A program made the position numbers and the translations under genes. This document shows, in pieces, positions 28,817 through 38,218 of a stretch of DNA of 64,000 bases (positions within the stretch are counted from its first letter, which is position 1; each line of letters starts with the position of its first letter). The DNA is from Cenarchaeum sp. (lineage in GTDB: Archaea > Thermoproteota > Nitrososphaeria > Nitrososphaerales > Nitrosopumilaceae). The stretch spans positions 1,312,001 through 1,376,000 of the forward strand of contig OY843584.1 of NCBI GenBank assembly GCA_963692915.1, written 5' to 3'. The notes under the pieces are model-generated. The model did not search any database. It had not been told where the DNA came from and saw only the letters and a list, made by a program, of their open reading frames with translations.

Positions 28817-29557
28817 ATGAAACCCGGCACAAACGTCTTGCTCACGTTCGGCGACAGCTCTGGCAACGCGTCGCGCTCCGAAAAGGCCATAGCTGACGGC
28901 CTCTACTATATCGTAGTCACGATCACGATGAGCGTAACGGAGGCGCACAGGGTTGAGGAGCTCATGGAAAAACTCAAGAAAAAGTACTTTGACGGGCGCA
29001 GGCTAGAGCGAGCAGAGTTTCATGCTCGTGTTTTACGACAGCGCCTGTTATGGCAAACGAAAGACATGGAAAAGACTAAAGAAAGCCTTGAGGCTATTTT
29101 TGATGACATTGTTGAAATTGTGCTGGACATGGATGCCGTCATCAACGTAGTCATAATGGAAAAACGTCCCATAGATGAAATGTCACGATCAGAGGACACA
29201 ACGATCAAATCTTGGGACTATGCCGCCCATATGCTCCAACGAGTTCTCTTGAGATCGCCCCCCAACACAACAAACCTGACTCTGCTTGACACATATGATG
29301 ATGCAACCAACAGGGATGTGAACAAGATCGTGATGCAGTATCTACAACCATTCGTCAATGTTGGCGGTTTTGCGGGCAGAACTGCCATGAGGCCAGTGTT
29401 TGTAAACTCTAGACTATCCAATCTGATCCAACTAGTCGACATGGTTGCATATATCATGACCAAGGCTAGCCGACGTGATGCAGAAGAGTCGTTTGCCCGC
29501 CGGTATGCCCTGCTAGAGCCCAAGATCTCTTGCATTCGTCGAGGAACCGTGCACTAG
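28817..29557 (+). CDS. DUF3800-like RNase H-fold protein (copy 4)
   Basis: Close paralog of copy 3; FGDSSG...IQLVDMVAY. Confidence 0.8.
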   Translation: MKPGTNVLLTFGDSSGNASRSEKAIADGLYYIVVTITMSVTEAHRVEELMEKLKKKYFDGRRLERAEFHARVLRQRLLWQTKDMEKTKESLEAIFDDIVEIVLDMDAVINVVIMEKRPIDEMSRSEDTTIKSWDYAAHMLQRVLLRSPPNTTNLTLLDTYDDATNRDVNKIVMQYLQPFVNVGGFAGRTAMRPVFVNSRLSNLIQLVDMVAYIMTKASRRDAEESFARRYALLEPKISCIRRGTVH

Positions 29558-29564
29558 TTGAGAA

Positions 29565-29642
29565 TGCGGTCCTGGCCACACGGCATACGCCGCTAGGCCA
29601 GGACCGACTCGACTGTGTGGCCCGAAAGCGGCACAGGTCTGC
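29565..29642 (-). ncRNA. DUF3800-associated two-hairpin RNA unit
   Basis: Hairpin 2 identical to that of 18441-18518; TCTAAATA upstream. Confidence 0.6.
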
Positions 29643-29768
29643 GTCAGGGTGGCGTGTGCTCTTTATTTAGACATTGCCTCATGTGGCAGGCGTGGCGCCG
29701 ATGCTGCGGATGCCATTGTCCCAGAGCCCAATACGCGATCGCTTGCTATGGCAATAGGGAATGAGGGT

Positions 29769-29847
29769 TGCGGTCCTGGCCACACGGCAAACTGCCGCTA
29801 GGCCAGGACCGACTCGACTGTGTGGCCCGAAAGCGGCACAGGTCTGC
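29769..29847 (-). ncRNA. DUF3800-associated two-hairpin RNA unit
   Basis: Consensus match; CTATATAAA upstream on the minus strand. Confidence 0.6.
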
Positions 29848-29974
29848 GTCAGGGTGGCGTGTGCTCTTTATATAGACATTGCCTCATGTGGCAGGCGTGG
29901 CGCCGATGCTGCGGATGCCATTGTCCCAGAGCCCAATATGTGGCCGCCTGCCATGACAGCAGTGGAATGAGAGT

Positions 29975-30051
29975 TGCGGTCCTGACCATCCGACCAATGC
30001 CGCATAGTTAGACCCGGCTCGACTGTAGAACTCGAAGGAACACTAGTCTGC
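29975..30051 (-). ncRNA. DUF3800-associated two-hairpin RNA unit
   Basis: Near-identical to 17763-17839; no clear TATA box of its own. Confidence 0.55.
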
Positions 30052-30101
30052 GGAGGGTCATAATCTACGCCAACGCAGAATAGCCAAAGGCCGGGGCTTG
30101 T

Positions 30102-30359
30102 CTATGTGGGTATCTCTAGTCGTTCCACGTTGAAACTCTTGATGAGGCGCCACTCTTGTTCGTTTGGGGTGGGCGGCTCAAGAACCATATCGACGCGCTC
30201 GATCATGCCAATCCTCTTGGCCTCGTCGATGAGATCCCACGCCTCCTTTTCGGAGACCAGCCCTATGAGTCGTGTTATAAGCTCGCCGGCAGACGCAGTT
30301 TCATAGAATTTAAGGCCATAGGCGATAAGCCTCAGACTCTCGCGCCGTGCTGTGTTCAT
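30102..30359 (-). CDS. 85-aa repeated family 'W' (putative winged-helix) copy 1, divergent
   Basis: ELITRL.G.VSEKEAWDLIDEAKRIGMIER...EWRLI family motif. Confidence 0.75.
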   Translation of the reverse strand: MNTARRESLRLIAYGLKFYETASAGELITRLIGLVSEKEAWDLIDEAKRIGMIERVDMVLEPPTPNEQEWRLIKSFNVERLEIPT

Positions 30360-30498
30360 TGAATGCCACTGCAGTGTTGCGTCGATTAAGTCTAGTGCCG
30401 CACATGGCTAGCGTTTCGTGGGGTGCAAACGGCTCTGTCAGAGCTACTCGCAGACATGGTCTTGTTTTACAGCCAGATGCAAAAGGTATCTGAGTGGT

Positions 30499-31347
30499 CT
30501 AATCTTCGCGATCTTTTATGGTTATCTCTATTCCTCGAGCGTCTTTGGGAATTTCAAACCTGAACTTTTCAATGATAACTAGCCAGCAGTCCTGATAGTA
30601 GACCCTGCGCAGTCCCAGATGCAGTCGCATTTTGCTTCCGTCAACAAGATATATCTTGTTCTTTGGAACAGTCCAGTCAACAGCGGCTATTAGCTCTCCA
30701 CGCATATGTGTGGGATTGCCTTTGGGGGCACGTAGATGAAATTCACGTATGGGATCATTTAGGCATGGGTGTACAACCCATCTTTCTTCATTAAAATCGT
30801 CAGGATGCATGTGTTGGCCTCGACATACCCTATGTGTAGTGTCGTTAATCAACATATGTGTAAAGTCGTGTTGTTTGATTAGAAAGTCGTAAAGTTCACG
30901 TGCGTACAATGTGTGTTGTTCTTTACACAAAGACGCAATGCGCCCCATGGCCATGTCGTTGATGTCAAACACTATGCTGTTAGCGGGAGGTAGGTTTGTC
31001 TCCTCAAAGGATCGCGGCGGGAGAGGAAACGAATATTGTCTGGGTTCTGACTCAAAGCTCTCCCTGCCGCTAACATCATTTTTGTCAAAAATGGCCAATG
31101 CCGTCAGCGGCAAAGAATTTTCGTCGCCGCACAGATCCTCATAGTGCTTGCGCAGTTTGGCCTGTCTTGGGTCATCAGGCCGATCAGGGACAAATTCCCC
31201 ACCGTACGTCACATATGCCCCAATGCTAGTCGTGTCCTCATCGGGCGGACCCCTGCTCGGGCGGTAGATCGTAGTGCTTATGATGGGCGGGTGTTGAGGG
31301 ACTAGTGTGTCACTCGAGTACGGCGATTCTTGGCTCGGCTGCACCAT
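30499..31347 (-). CDS. Hypothetical protein (lower GC)
   Basis: 282-aa ORF with TTATAA upstream; no motif recognised. Confidence 0.65.
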   Translation of the reverse strand: MVQPSQESPYSSDTLVPQHPPIISTTIYRPSRGPPDEDTTSIGAYVTYGGEFVPDRPDDPRQAKLRKHYEDLCGDENSLPLTALAIFDKNDVSGRESFESEPRQYSFPLPPRSFEETNLPPANSIVFDINDMAMGRIASLCKEQHTLYARELYDFLIKQHDFTHMLINDTTHRVCRGQHMHPDDFNEERWVVHPCLNDPIREFHLRAPKGNPTHMRGELIAAVDWTVPKNKIYLVDGSKMRLHLGLRRVYYQDCWLVIIEKFRFEIPKDARGIEITIKDRED

Positions 31348-31606
31348 TTCTGTAAACCCTAGACCTGCTCACACTTATAACTTTTAGTGATATAAAGGGT
31401 GACGCGAGGAGAGCAGACCTTCCCCTAGACGGCGTTCCCTCGGTTTCTTGTAGCCATCGTATGGGAGGAGGACTATGGAGCTAGGAGGGCAGGTTTTTGG
31501 GCCTCGTGCGTCCATGATCGATGGGTTTTGCCCTAGGCATTCAAGGGGCATTAACGGAAATGGCCGACCTCATCCACAAAAGCGTTTTAACGCAAGCGGC
31601 CTGCGC

Positions 31607-32392
31607 ATGGCGCGCATGGACCTGTCAGGCAGGATTGCGGTGATCACGGGCGCATCAAGCGGCATAGGAAGGGCCGCAGCCGTCATGGCCGCAAGGCACG
31701 GCGCGAGCGTCGCCCTCGTTGCGCGCGACGAGTCGAGGCTGCGCGAGGCGACATCAGAGGTGGCCCGCCACGGGATGGCTGCCGCGTTTGCGTGCGACGT
31801 CGCCGACGAGCATGCAGTCAGCAAGATGGCAGGGCGCGTCTCCTCGGAGCTCGGGAACGCCGACATCCTAGTCAACAATGCGGGGTTTGCCATATACGGC
31901 ACGGTGAGCTCACTTGACGCGAAAGTCATCCGCGCGCACATGGAGACAAACTATTTTGGCGCGGTCCACTGCACAAAGGCGTTCATGCCGCACATGCTCG
32001 AGGTCAATCACGGCAAGATAGTCAATGTCGCCTCTGTCGCCGCAAGCATTGGCCTTCCCGGAATTGCCGCATACTGTGCATCAAAGTTTGCGATGCTCGG
32101 CTTTTCAGAGTCCCTGCGCGCCGAGCTCGCAAAGACCGGCGTTGGCATCACCACAGTCAGCCCGATCGCAGTCAGGACCCCGTTCTTTGACCATGCGTCC
32201 TTTGCCGGCGTGCGGCGCTACTCGCCAATGTCACTTGACGTGCAGACCGTGGCGCGTGCGATAATGCGCGCCATAGGGTCACGGCGCGGCGAGATAACGG
32301 TTCCCGGCGCCGCACGCCTTGCGATATGGGCAAAGCACACGTTTCCATGGGCATTTAACGCGCTCGTCTCATCAGCGTTTGGAAAGAACTAG
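31607..32392 (+). CDS. Short-chain dehydrogenase/reductase
   Basis: TGASSGIG, LVNNAG, YCASK. Confidence 0.93.
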   Translation: MARMDLSGRIAVITGASSGIGRAAAVMAARHGASVALVARDESRLREATSEVARHGMAAAFACDVADEHAVSKMAGRVSSELGNADILVNNAGFAIYGTVSSLDAKVIRAHMETNYFGAVHCTKAFMPHMLEVNHGKIVNVASVAASIGLPGIAAYCASKFAMLGFSESLRAELAKTGVGITTVSPIAVRTPFFDHASFAGVRRYSPMSLDVQTVARAIMRAIGSRRGEITVPGAARLAIWAKHTFPWAFNALVSSAFGKN

Positions 32393-32679
32393 GCGACCTG
32401 CTTGTCCTTTTTGCTCTTTTGCCACCAGTCGAGATAGTCGTACTGGTGGTCCTCGCGCGTCTTTGAGCGCCGGTTGAGCCTGTCCCTGATGTCGCTTATC
32501 TGCTCGCGCGTCGCATACAGGCCACAGCGCCTGCACGTAAAGTGCTTGGTCGCCGGATCGGCCTTCATTGGAACCTCGACGGCGTCAAGCATCGCAGTCA
32601 GGTCGACGCCCTCCTCGCCCTCGTGCTTGGCGACAAGGGCGTTTCTGTCCTTGGCAACGCACTCGGGGCAGTTTGGCAC
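32389..32679 (-). CDS. Small Zn-binding conserved hypothetical protein
   Basis: CPEC...CRRCGLYATREQISDIR...YDYLDWW. Confidence 0.75.
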   Translation of the reverse strand: MPNCPECVAKDRNALVAKHEGEEGVDLTAMLDAVEVPMKADPATKHFTCRRCGLYATREQISDIRDRLNRRSKTREDHQYDYLDWWQKSKKDKQVA

Positions 32680-32987
32680 GCGGAGCGCTCTTATTTTTTG
32701 GGTTAAAAGCGTTGCTAGGTTGGGCGGTGTGAGCTCAGCCCTGCCGGGGTGCGCTTTGGGCTGACACTGTGTAGGGCAGTCTTGCGTGATCGCCCCTGGC
32801 CGATGGCCGGGTGCTGAAATGAGGCTGTGTCCGTGAACGGATCCCTAGAATGTATGCCGCGCGGGGCGATATGGCCCGCACCGATCCTGATGCATCGCCG
32901 TGATCCGGCCAATAACTGAGGCCGAAAACGAGAAACCTTTGCGATCAGCCCGTAGGTGTTTTATGTTGGTAATTTTGGGCACTGCCA

Positions 32988-33821
32988 TTGAGCTCGACGA
33001 ATTCGCGTGATCGCAGTCTGATCGCCGCCCTGGCCCCTCACATCGACGCTGCGATCAGGGCATCATCGTGCACGTGCGCCACACTGCGCTTTGATGTGAT
33101 CCTGGATCTGGTTCTCAAATATGGTCTTGACGATAGTCTTGATCCACTGAGGCGCACTCGAAAGTTTCGAGATCTATGTAAAGGCGCCTATGCGAACTTT
33201 GCCCAAGCCGCATCAGGCCATACGCGCTACCCGGAAATGAGGTCACTAGCAGACAAACGTTACCAGCCCTACGTATCTGCATCCAGGATTGACGGGCACA
33301 ACGAGAATCTAAACAGCCTATACGGTAGATGTGGCCTCGACAAGGAGGTTCGTGATTGCGAGGAGCTTGCAGTCGCATACAGCGCCTCACTCCGGTATGC
33401 ATGGGCTAATGCAACCACGCTCTTGCGCTATGTGGAGGGCGTTGCGGAGCTTGACAGCATGTTGGAAACACGCGAGTTTCGCTCAAACGGACACGACTTT
33501 GTGGCAGCATCGGCCACTTACTCCGACTTTCTAAGTGACCGTGACGTGTCATATCGCATAACAATCACTGAACAGTATAGAAGGCGCATGTTCCCTCTCA
33601 CGTACACATCTGTTTTTGCAACCCCATATCCAGAAATTTTACATGGGCGCAAGGGCTTTCGAATTTTGGAGGACGAGGTACGGATAAAGAACGGAACTCC
33701 GCTTGAAGGGGGCACGCTTGAGATCACTTTTCATTCCAAGGTGTCAATTCCCAATTTGTCGCCTGAAAAGATCATTGAAAAGTATAAGCCCCTAGGAACG
33801 GTGCGCTTTAAGCTAGACTAG
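32988..33821 (+). CDS. Putative ADP-ribosyltransferase (family 'ART' copy 1)
   Basis: TTLLRYV (R), DFVAAS (S), LEDEVR (ExE) in canonical order; TTG start. Confidence 0.65.
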   Translation: MSSTNSRDRSLIAALAPHIDAAIRASSCTCATLRFDVILDLVLKYGLDDSLDPLRRTRKFRDLCKGAYANFAQAASGHTRYPEMRSLADKRYQPYVSASRIDGHNENLNSLYGRCGLDKEVRDCEELAVAYSASLRYAWANATTLLRYVEGVAELDSMLETREFRSNGHDFVAASATYSDFLSDRDVSYRITITEQYRRRMFPLTYTSVFATPYPEILHGRKGFRILEDEVRIKNGTPLEGGTLEITFHSKVSIPNLSPEKIIEKYKPLGTVRFKLD

Positions 33822-34031
33822 AGTCATGCACACCGACGAACCATGGGCAGCATGGCGCGATATCCCTGCCGGGGACTTTGCCCCGCGGCCACAAGGTGAG
33901 CCATTAACGAATTTCTCACCACGATCTGTGTGCCTACACCCCTGCCGTGTGCCAAAATGCAGGGTGCGCAGGGCACTCGTGCCTATATTCACGCATTAGA
34001 CTTTAATAAAGCCACAGCCGTAATGGCTCTG

Positions 34032-34289
34032 ATGAACACAGCAAGGCAGGATGGGCTGCTAGTCATTGAGCGGGGACTGAGGCTCTATGGCCCCCTGCCG
34101 GCGGCTGAGCTCATAACGTACATCGTGGGGCGGCTCACCATGGAGGAGGCATGGGACGTATTTGCCGAGGCCGAGAGGATTGGCATGATCGAGCGCGACG
34201 AGGGGATCTTTGGGACGACCACGCGGGAGGGCCAGGAGTGGCGCCTCGTCAAGGGATTCGACGTGAAACAGCTAGAGATAGCCGCATAG
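34032..34289 (+). CDS. Family W copy 2
   Basis: Family motif; TTTAATAA ~25 nt upstream. Confidence 0.8.
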   Translation: MNTARQDGLLVIERGLRLYGPLPAAELITYIVGRLTMEEAWDVFAEAERIGMIERDEGIFGTTTREGQEWRLVKGFDVKQLEIAA

Positions 34290-34512
34290 GCAAAACTTCT
34301 ATCCTCCTCTCTTTTGCCCGCTTTGCGCATATTGCGCACTGGTTTTTTTGGCTTTGGGCGTCGGCTAGTCGTTGTTCTCAAAGATGCCATATCAGAAACG
34401 CGCGAGTTTCGCTCAAACGGACACGACGTTGTTGCAGCATGGGCCGCCTGATCCCACGTGTGCCCACATTCACGCATTAGACTTTAATAAAGCCACAGCC
34501 GTAATGGCTCTG

Positions 34513-34770
34513 ATGAACACGGCAAGGCAGGATGGGCTGCTATTCATTGAGCGGGGACTGAGGATCCATGACTCTCTGCCAGCGGCTCTGCTCATAACGT
34601 ACATCGTGGGGCGGCTCACCAGGGAGGAGGCATGGGACGTGCTTGCCGAGGCCGAGAGGATTGGCATGATCGAGCGCGACGAGGGGATCTTTGGGACGAC
34701 CACGCGGGAGGGCCAGGAGTGGCGCCTCGTTGAGGGATTCGACACAAAAAAGCTAGAGATATCCGCATAG
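34513..34770 (+). CDS. Family W copy 3
   Basis: Tandem duplicate of copy 2 with the same promoter. Confidence 0.8.
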   Translation: MNTARQDGLLFIERGLRIHDSLPAALLITYIVGRLTREEAWDVLAEAERIGMIERDEGIFGTTTREGQEWRLVEGFDTKKLEISA

Positions 34771-35105
34771 GCAAAACTCCCATCTTTTGTTTTTGCTTGG
34801 CACATTCTATGCTGACGGGCAAAAGTTCGTGCCATGATCAAACTTTCCCGGTCCGCATGCCATATGGATCGCACCTCCCCCACGCCGCGCATGGAAGGCC
34901 AGGGGCTGGAGGCGTTCTGCAGGGCACGCCGCGACGAGGGGGACGGCGACGTCAGGCAGGGGTTTGCCGCGCTCAACATGCACGAGAGCCTGGGGATGAC
35001 GCGCGAGGAGGTCGCACTTGCGCTCATCATGCAGGAGTCCCAAAACCAGAGACGAAGGTGCGTAGGGTGTGCCAGGCAAAAACAGAATGGGGTTGGGAGT
35101 TTTGC

Positions 35106-35363
35106 CTATGCGGGCAGCTCTAGCTTTTTTGTGTCGAATCCCTTGACGAGGCGCCACTCTTGATTTAACGGAGTGAGCGCCTTAAAGACCGTCTCGTCAC
35201 GCTCGATCATGCCAATCCTCTCGGCCTCGGCGATGACATCCCACGCCTCCTCTTCTGTGAGCTTTCCCACGATGTGCGTTATGAGCTCAGCCGCCGGCAG
35301 GGATCCATAGATCTCCAGTCCCCTCGCAACGACTAGCAGCCCATTGTGCTTTGCTGGGTTCAT
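35106..35363 (-). CDS. Family W copy 4
   Basis: Family motif and conserved promoter. Confidence 0.8.
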   Translation of the reverse strand: MNPAKHNGLLVVARGLEIYGSLPAAELITHIVGKLTEEEAWDVIAEAERIGMIERDETVFKALTPLNQEWRLVKGFDTKKLELPA

Positions 35364-35473
35364 CAGAGCCGTTACGGTTGTGGCATTATTAAAATCTAGT
35401 GCGTTAATGTGGGCTGACCCATGTTCAAAGACAGGTGCACAATGAGCAAAAACAAGAGGTGGGTAGAGTCCAC

Positions 35474-35731
35474 CTATGCGGGTAGCTCTATCTGCTCCAC
35501 GTCGAATCCCTCGACGAGGCGCCATTTCTGTCCCAGCGGCGTGGCCGGCCTGAAGACCATGTCGGCGTGCTCGATCATGCCGATCCTCTCGGCCTCGGCG
35601 ATCACGTCCCATGCCTCCTCTTCGGTGAGCGCTCCCACAATGTGCGTTATGAGCTCGGCCGCTGGCAGGGATCCATAGATCTTTAGCCCCTTCGCAACGA
35701 CGAACAGCCCTTCTTGCCTTGCTGGGTTCAT
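35474..35731 (-). CDS. Family W copy 5
   Basis: Family motif and conserved promoter. Confidence 0.8.
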   Translation of the reverse strand: MNPARQEGLFVVAKGLKIYGSLPAAELITHIVGALTEEEAWDVIAEAERIGMIEHADMVFRPATPLGQKWRLVEGFDVEQIELPA

Positions 35732-35848
35732 CAGGGTCATTACGGTTGTGGGATTATTAAAATCTAGTGCGTGAATGTGGGCATGACCTAGGCTCAAAAA
35801 CAAGTGCCCAATAATTGTGCACAATAGGAAAAAACAAGGGGGGTGTAC

Positions 35849-36106
35849 CTATGCAGGTACCTTTAGCTGCTCCACGTCGAATCCCTCGACGAGGCGCCAC
35901 TCCTGTCCCTCCGGCGTAGTCGCCTTGAAGACCATGTCGGCGCGCTCGATCATGCCGATCCTCTCGGCCTCGGCAATGACATCCAATACCTCCTTTTTGG
36001 TGAGCTTTCCCACAGTGTGCGATATGAGCTCAGCCGCCGGCAGGGGTCCATAGATACTCAGTCCCCTCGCGATGACTCGCAGCGCATCTTGCCTTTCTGG
36101 ATCCAT
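35849..36106 (-). CDS. Family W copy 6
   Basis: Family motif; first gene downstream of ART copy 2. Confidence 0.8.
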   Translation of the reverse strand: MDPERQDALRVIARGLSIYGPLPAAELISHTVGKLTKKEVLDVIAEAERIGMIERADMVFKATTPEGQEWRLVEGFDVEQLKVPA

Positions 36107-36317
36107 CAGAGCCATCACGGTTGTGGCATTATTAAAATCTAGTGCGTGAATGTAGGCACGATGCCCTGCGCGCCCTGCATTTTGGCATGTGGCAGGGCGC
36201 AAGAACACAGGCCACGGCGAGGGATTCATTGATGGCTCACACTGCGGCCGTGTGGGCAGGAGTTCCCAACAGGAATATTGGGTCGCCCTGCCCTGCAGTT
36301 CTCCGATGCGCGTGACT

Positions 36318-37139
36318 CTAGTATAGCTTAAAGCGCACCGGTCCGAGGGGCGCATATCTCTTGGTGATCTCTTCTGTTTGTGAATTGGGGATTGGCGTCT
36401 TGGGATGAAAAGTGATCTCAAGTGTGCCCTCTTCGATCGGGGTTCCGTTCTCCATCCGTATCTCGTCCTCTAAAACGCGAAAGGTCTTGGGACCTTGCAG
36501 AATTTCTGGGTCGGGGGTCACAAAAACAGATGTGTGTGAGAGAGGGAACGCGTGCTTTCTATACTGTTCGGTGACCTTTATGCTGTACGATATGTCACGA
36601 TCCTTTAGCCAGGGGGATTTTGTGACCGATGTTGACACAAAATTGTGTTCGGTCGAGCGAAACTCGCGTGTTGCCAGCATACTATCAAGCTCTGCAATGT
36701 CTCCCACATAACGCGAGAGCACGGTGGTGTTGGCCCATGCGTGTCGGAGTGAGGCGCCATATGCGACTGCAAGCTCCTCGCAGTCACGGACCACCTCGCC
36801 GAGGCCGTATCTCTGGTATAGGTTGTTTAGGTTCTCGTTGTGCTTGCCAGTCTTAGATGCAGGCACCATGACCTGGTAATTGTCATCCGCTAGTGACGTC
36901 ATTTCCGGGTAGTCCGCATGATCTGATGTGTCTTGACCAAATTTCGCCTGAGCGTCGAGGCACAGCCGAAGAAACTCGGGAATGCGCCTATCTGGGTCAA
37001 GGCCATGCCTGAGAACCAGATCCAGGATCACGTCGCGGCGCAGTGGGACGCACGTGCAGGGAGAAGCCCTGATCGCAGCGTCTATGTGGGGAGACAGTGA
37101 GGCGATCAGGCTGCGATCACGCGAATTCGGCGGGTTCAA
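36318..37139 (-). CDS. Putative ADP-ribosyltransferase (copy 2)
   Basis: TVLSRYV, NFVSTS, LEDEIR; TTG start ~25 nt below TTTTATA. Confidence 0.7.
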   Translation of the reverse strand: MNPPNSRDRSLIASLSPHIDAAIRASPCTCVPLRRDVILDLVLRHGLDPDRRIPEFLRLCLDAQAKFGQDTSDHADYPEMTSLADDNYQVMVPASKTGKHNENLNNLYQRYGLGEVVRDCEELAVAYGASLRHAWANTTVLSRYVGDIAELDSMLATREFRSTEHNFVSTSVTKSPWLKDRDISYSIKVTEQYRKHAFPLSHTSVFVTPDPEILQGPKTFRVLEDEIRMENGTPIEEGTLEITFHPKTPIPNSQTEEITKRYAPLGPVRFKLY

Positions 37140-37185
37140 TGGCAATGCCAAAAATTGCCAATATAAAATACCTGTGGGCTGATCG

Positions 37186-37326
37186 TGTTTTGTACGAAAA
37201 GGGGCGCTGCCCACTCGAGTCCTCTTCCATCCACCCCAGGGTTCTCCATCCTGACCCACGGGCCTTCCGGGCCCCTGATCTGCGCCCTGCAAGCCATCTT
37301 GCACCCGCTCCTTTATGCGCAAGGCA
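37186..37326 (-). mobile_element. Decayed IS481-derived MITE-like remnant
   Basis: Minus strand has a degenerate left end (TGCCTTGCGCATAAAGGAGCGGG) and the transposase 3' end plus right end (GAGAACCCTGGGGTGGATGGAAG...TTTTCGTACAAAACA). No TSD seen. Confidence 0.6.
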
Positions 37327-37530
37327 GCGAAATCATGCGCCGTGTGTCGGCGCCACGGCCGGCTGGGGCGGCTACGGGGAGCGAGCAGCCAAAGGCCCGT
37401 CCAATGTCACCTTTTCCCACGGCGTAACGGGTGCCCTGCACCTCTTGGAAAAAATATAGCAGGCACCAGGGCTCGGGGATAACAGTGCCCAATAATTGCA
37501 CAGTGGGCAAAAACAATTGGGTGGGAAAGC

Positions 37531-37788
37531 CTATGCGAGCAGCTCTAGCCGTTCCACGTCGAATCCCTTGACAAAGCGCCACTCTTGCTCTATTGGAGTG
37601 ACCGGTTCGAAGACCATCTCGTCACGCTCGATCATGCCGATCCTCTCGGCCTCGGCAATTACCTCCCATACCTCCTCCTCGGAGAGCGGCCCCTTGAGCC
37701 GCGTCATGATCTCTGCAGCAGACGCAGAGCCATAGAACTGTAGGCCGCTGGCGATGACCCCTAGGCCATCACGTTTTGCTGGGTTCAT
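37531..37788 (-). CDS. Family W copy 7
   Basis: Family motif (divergent subtype). Confidence 0.8.
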   Translation of the reverse strand: MNPAKRDGLGVIASGLQFYGSASAAEIMTRLKGPLSEEEVWEVIAEAERIGMIERDEMVFEPVTPIEQEWRFVKGFDVERLELLA

Positions 37789-37907
37789 TGGGAAGCAGTG
37801 TGCTGTTGCGCCTATTAAGCCTAGTGCGCGCATACAGGCGTCCCAAAACCAGAGATGAAAAGTGTGTAGAGTGTGCCAAGCAAAAACAGAATGGGTGGGA
37901 GTTTTGC

Positions 37908-38165
37908 CTATGCGGGTATCTCTAGCTTTTTTACGTCGAATCCCTCAACGAGGCGCCACTCTTGATCGAATGGAGTGAGTGGCTCAAAGACCATCTCGTC
38001 ACGCTCGATCATGCCAATCCTCTCGGCCTCGGCGATGACATCCCACGCCTCCTTCTCTGTGAGCTTTCCCACGATGTGCGTTATGAGCTCGGCCGCTGGC
38101 AGCGGACCATAGATCTCCAGCCCCCTCGCAACGACTAGCAGCCCATTGTGCTTTGCTGGGTTCAT
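37908..38165 (-). CDS. Family W copy 8
   Basis: Family motif and conserved promoter. Confidence 0.8.
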   Translation of the reverse strand: MNPAKHNGLLVVARGLEIYGPLPAAELITHIVGKLTEKEAWDVIAEAERIGMIERDEMVFEPLTPFDQEWRLVEGFDVKKLEIPA

Positions 38166-38218
38166 CAGAGCCGTTACGGTTGTGGCATTATTAAAATCTA
38201 GTGCGTTAATGTGGGCTG

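Noticed and set aside
15130-30051. Hairpin repeat arrays as CRISPR arrays or tRNA genes
   Set aside because: The ~204-bp period, conserved linkers instead of unique spacers, lack of cas genes in the window and lack of a cloverleaf or T-loop do not fit either.
32700-32940. Possible ribozyme/ncRNA upstream of ART copy 1 (CTGATG...GAAA-like words)
   Set aside because: No complete hammerhead core or convincing stems could be built.
34834-35163. ORF between W3 and W4
   Set aside because: Only ~60 codons look protein-like before the ORF runs into the antisense of W4. It is probably a fragment and cannot be assigned.
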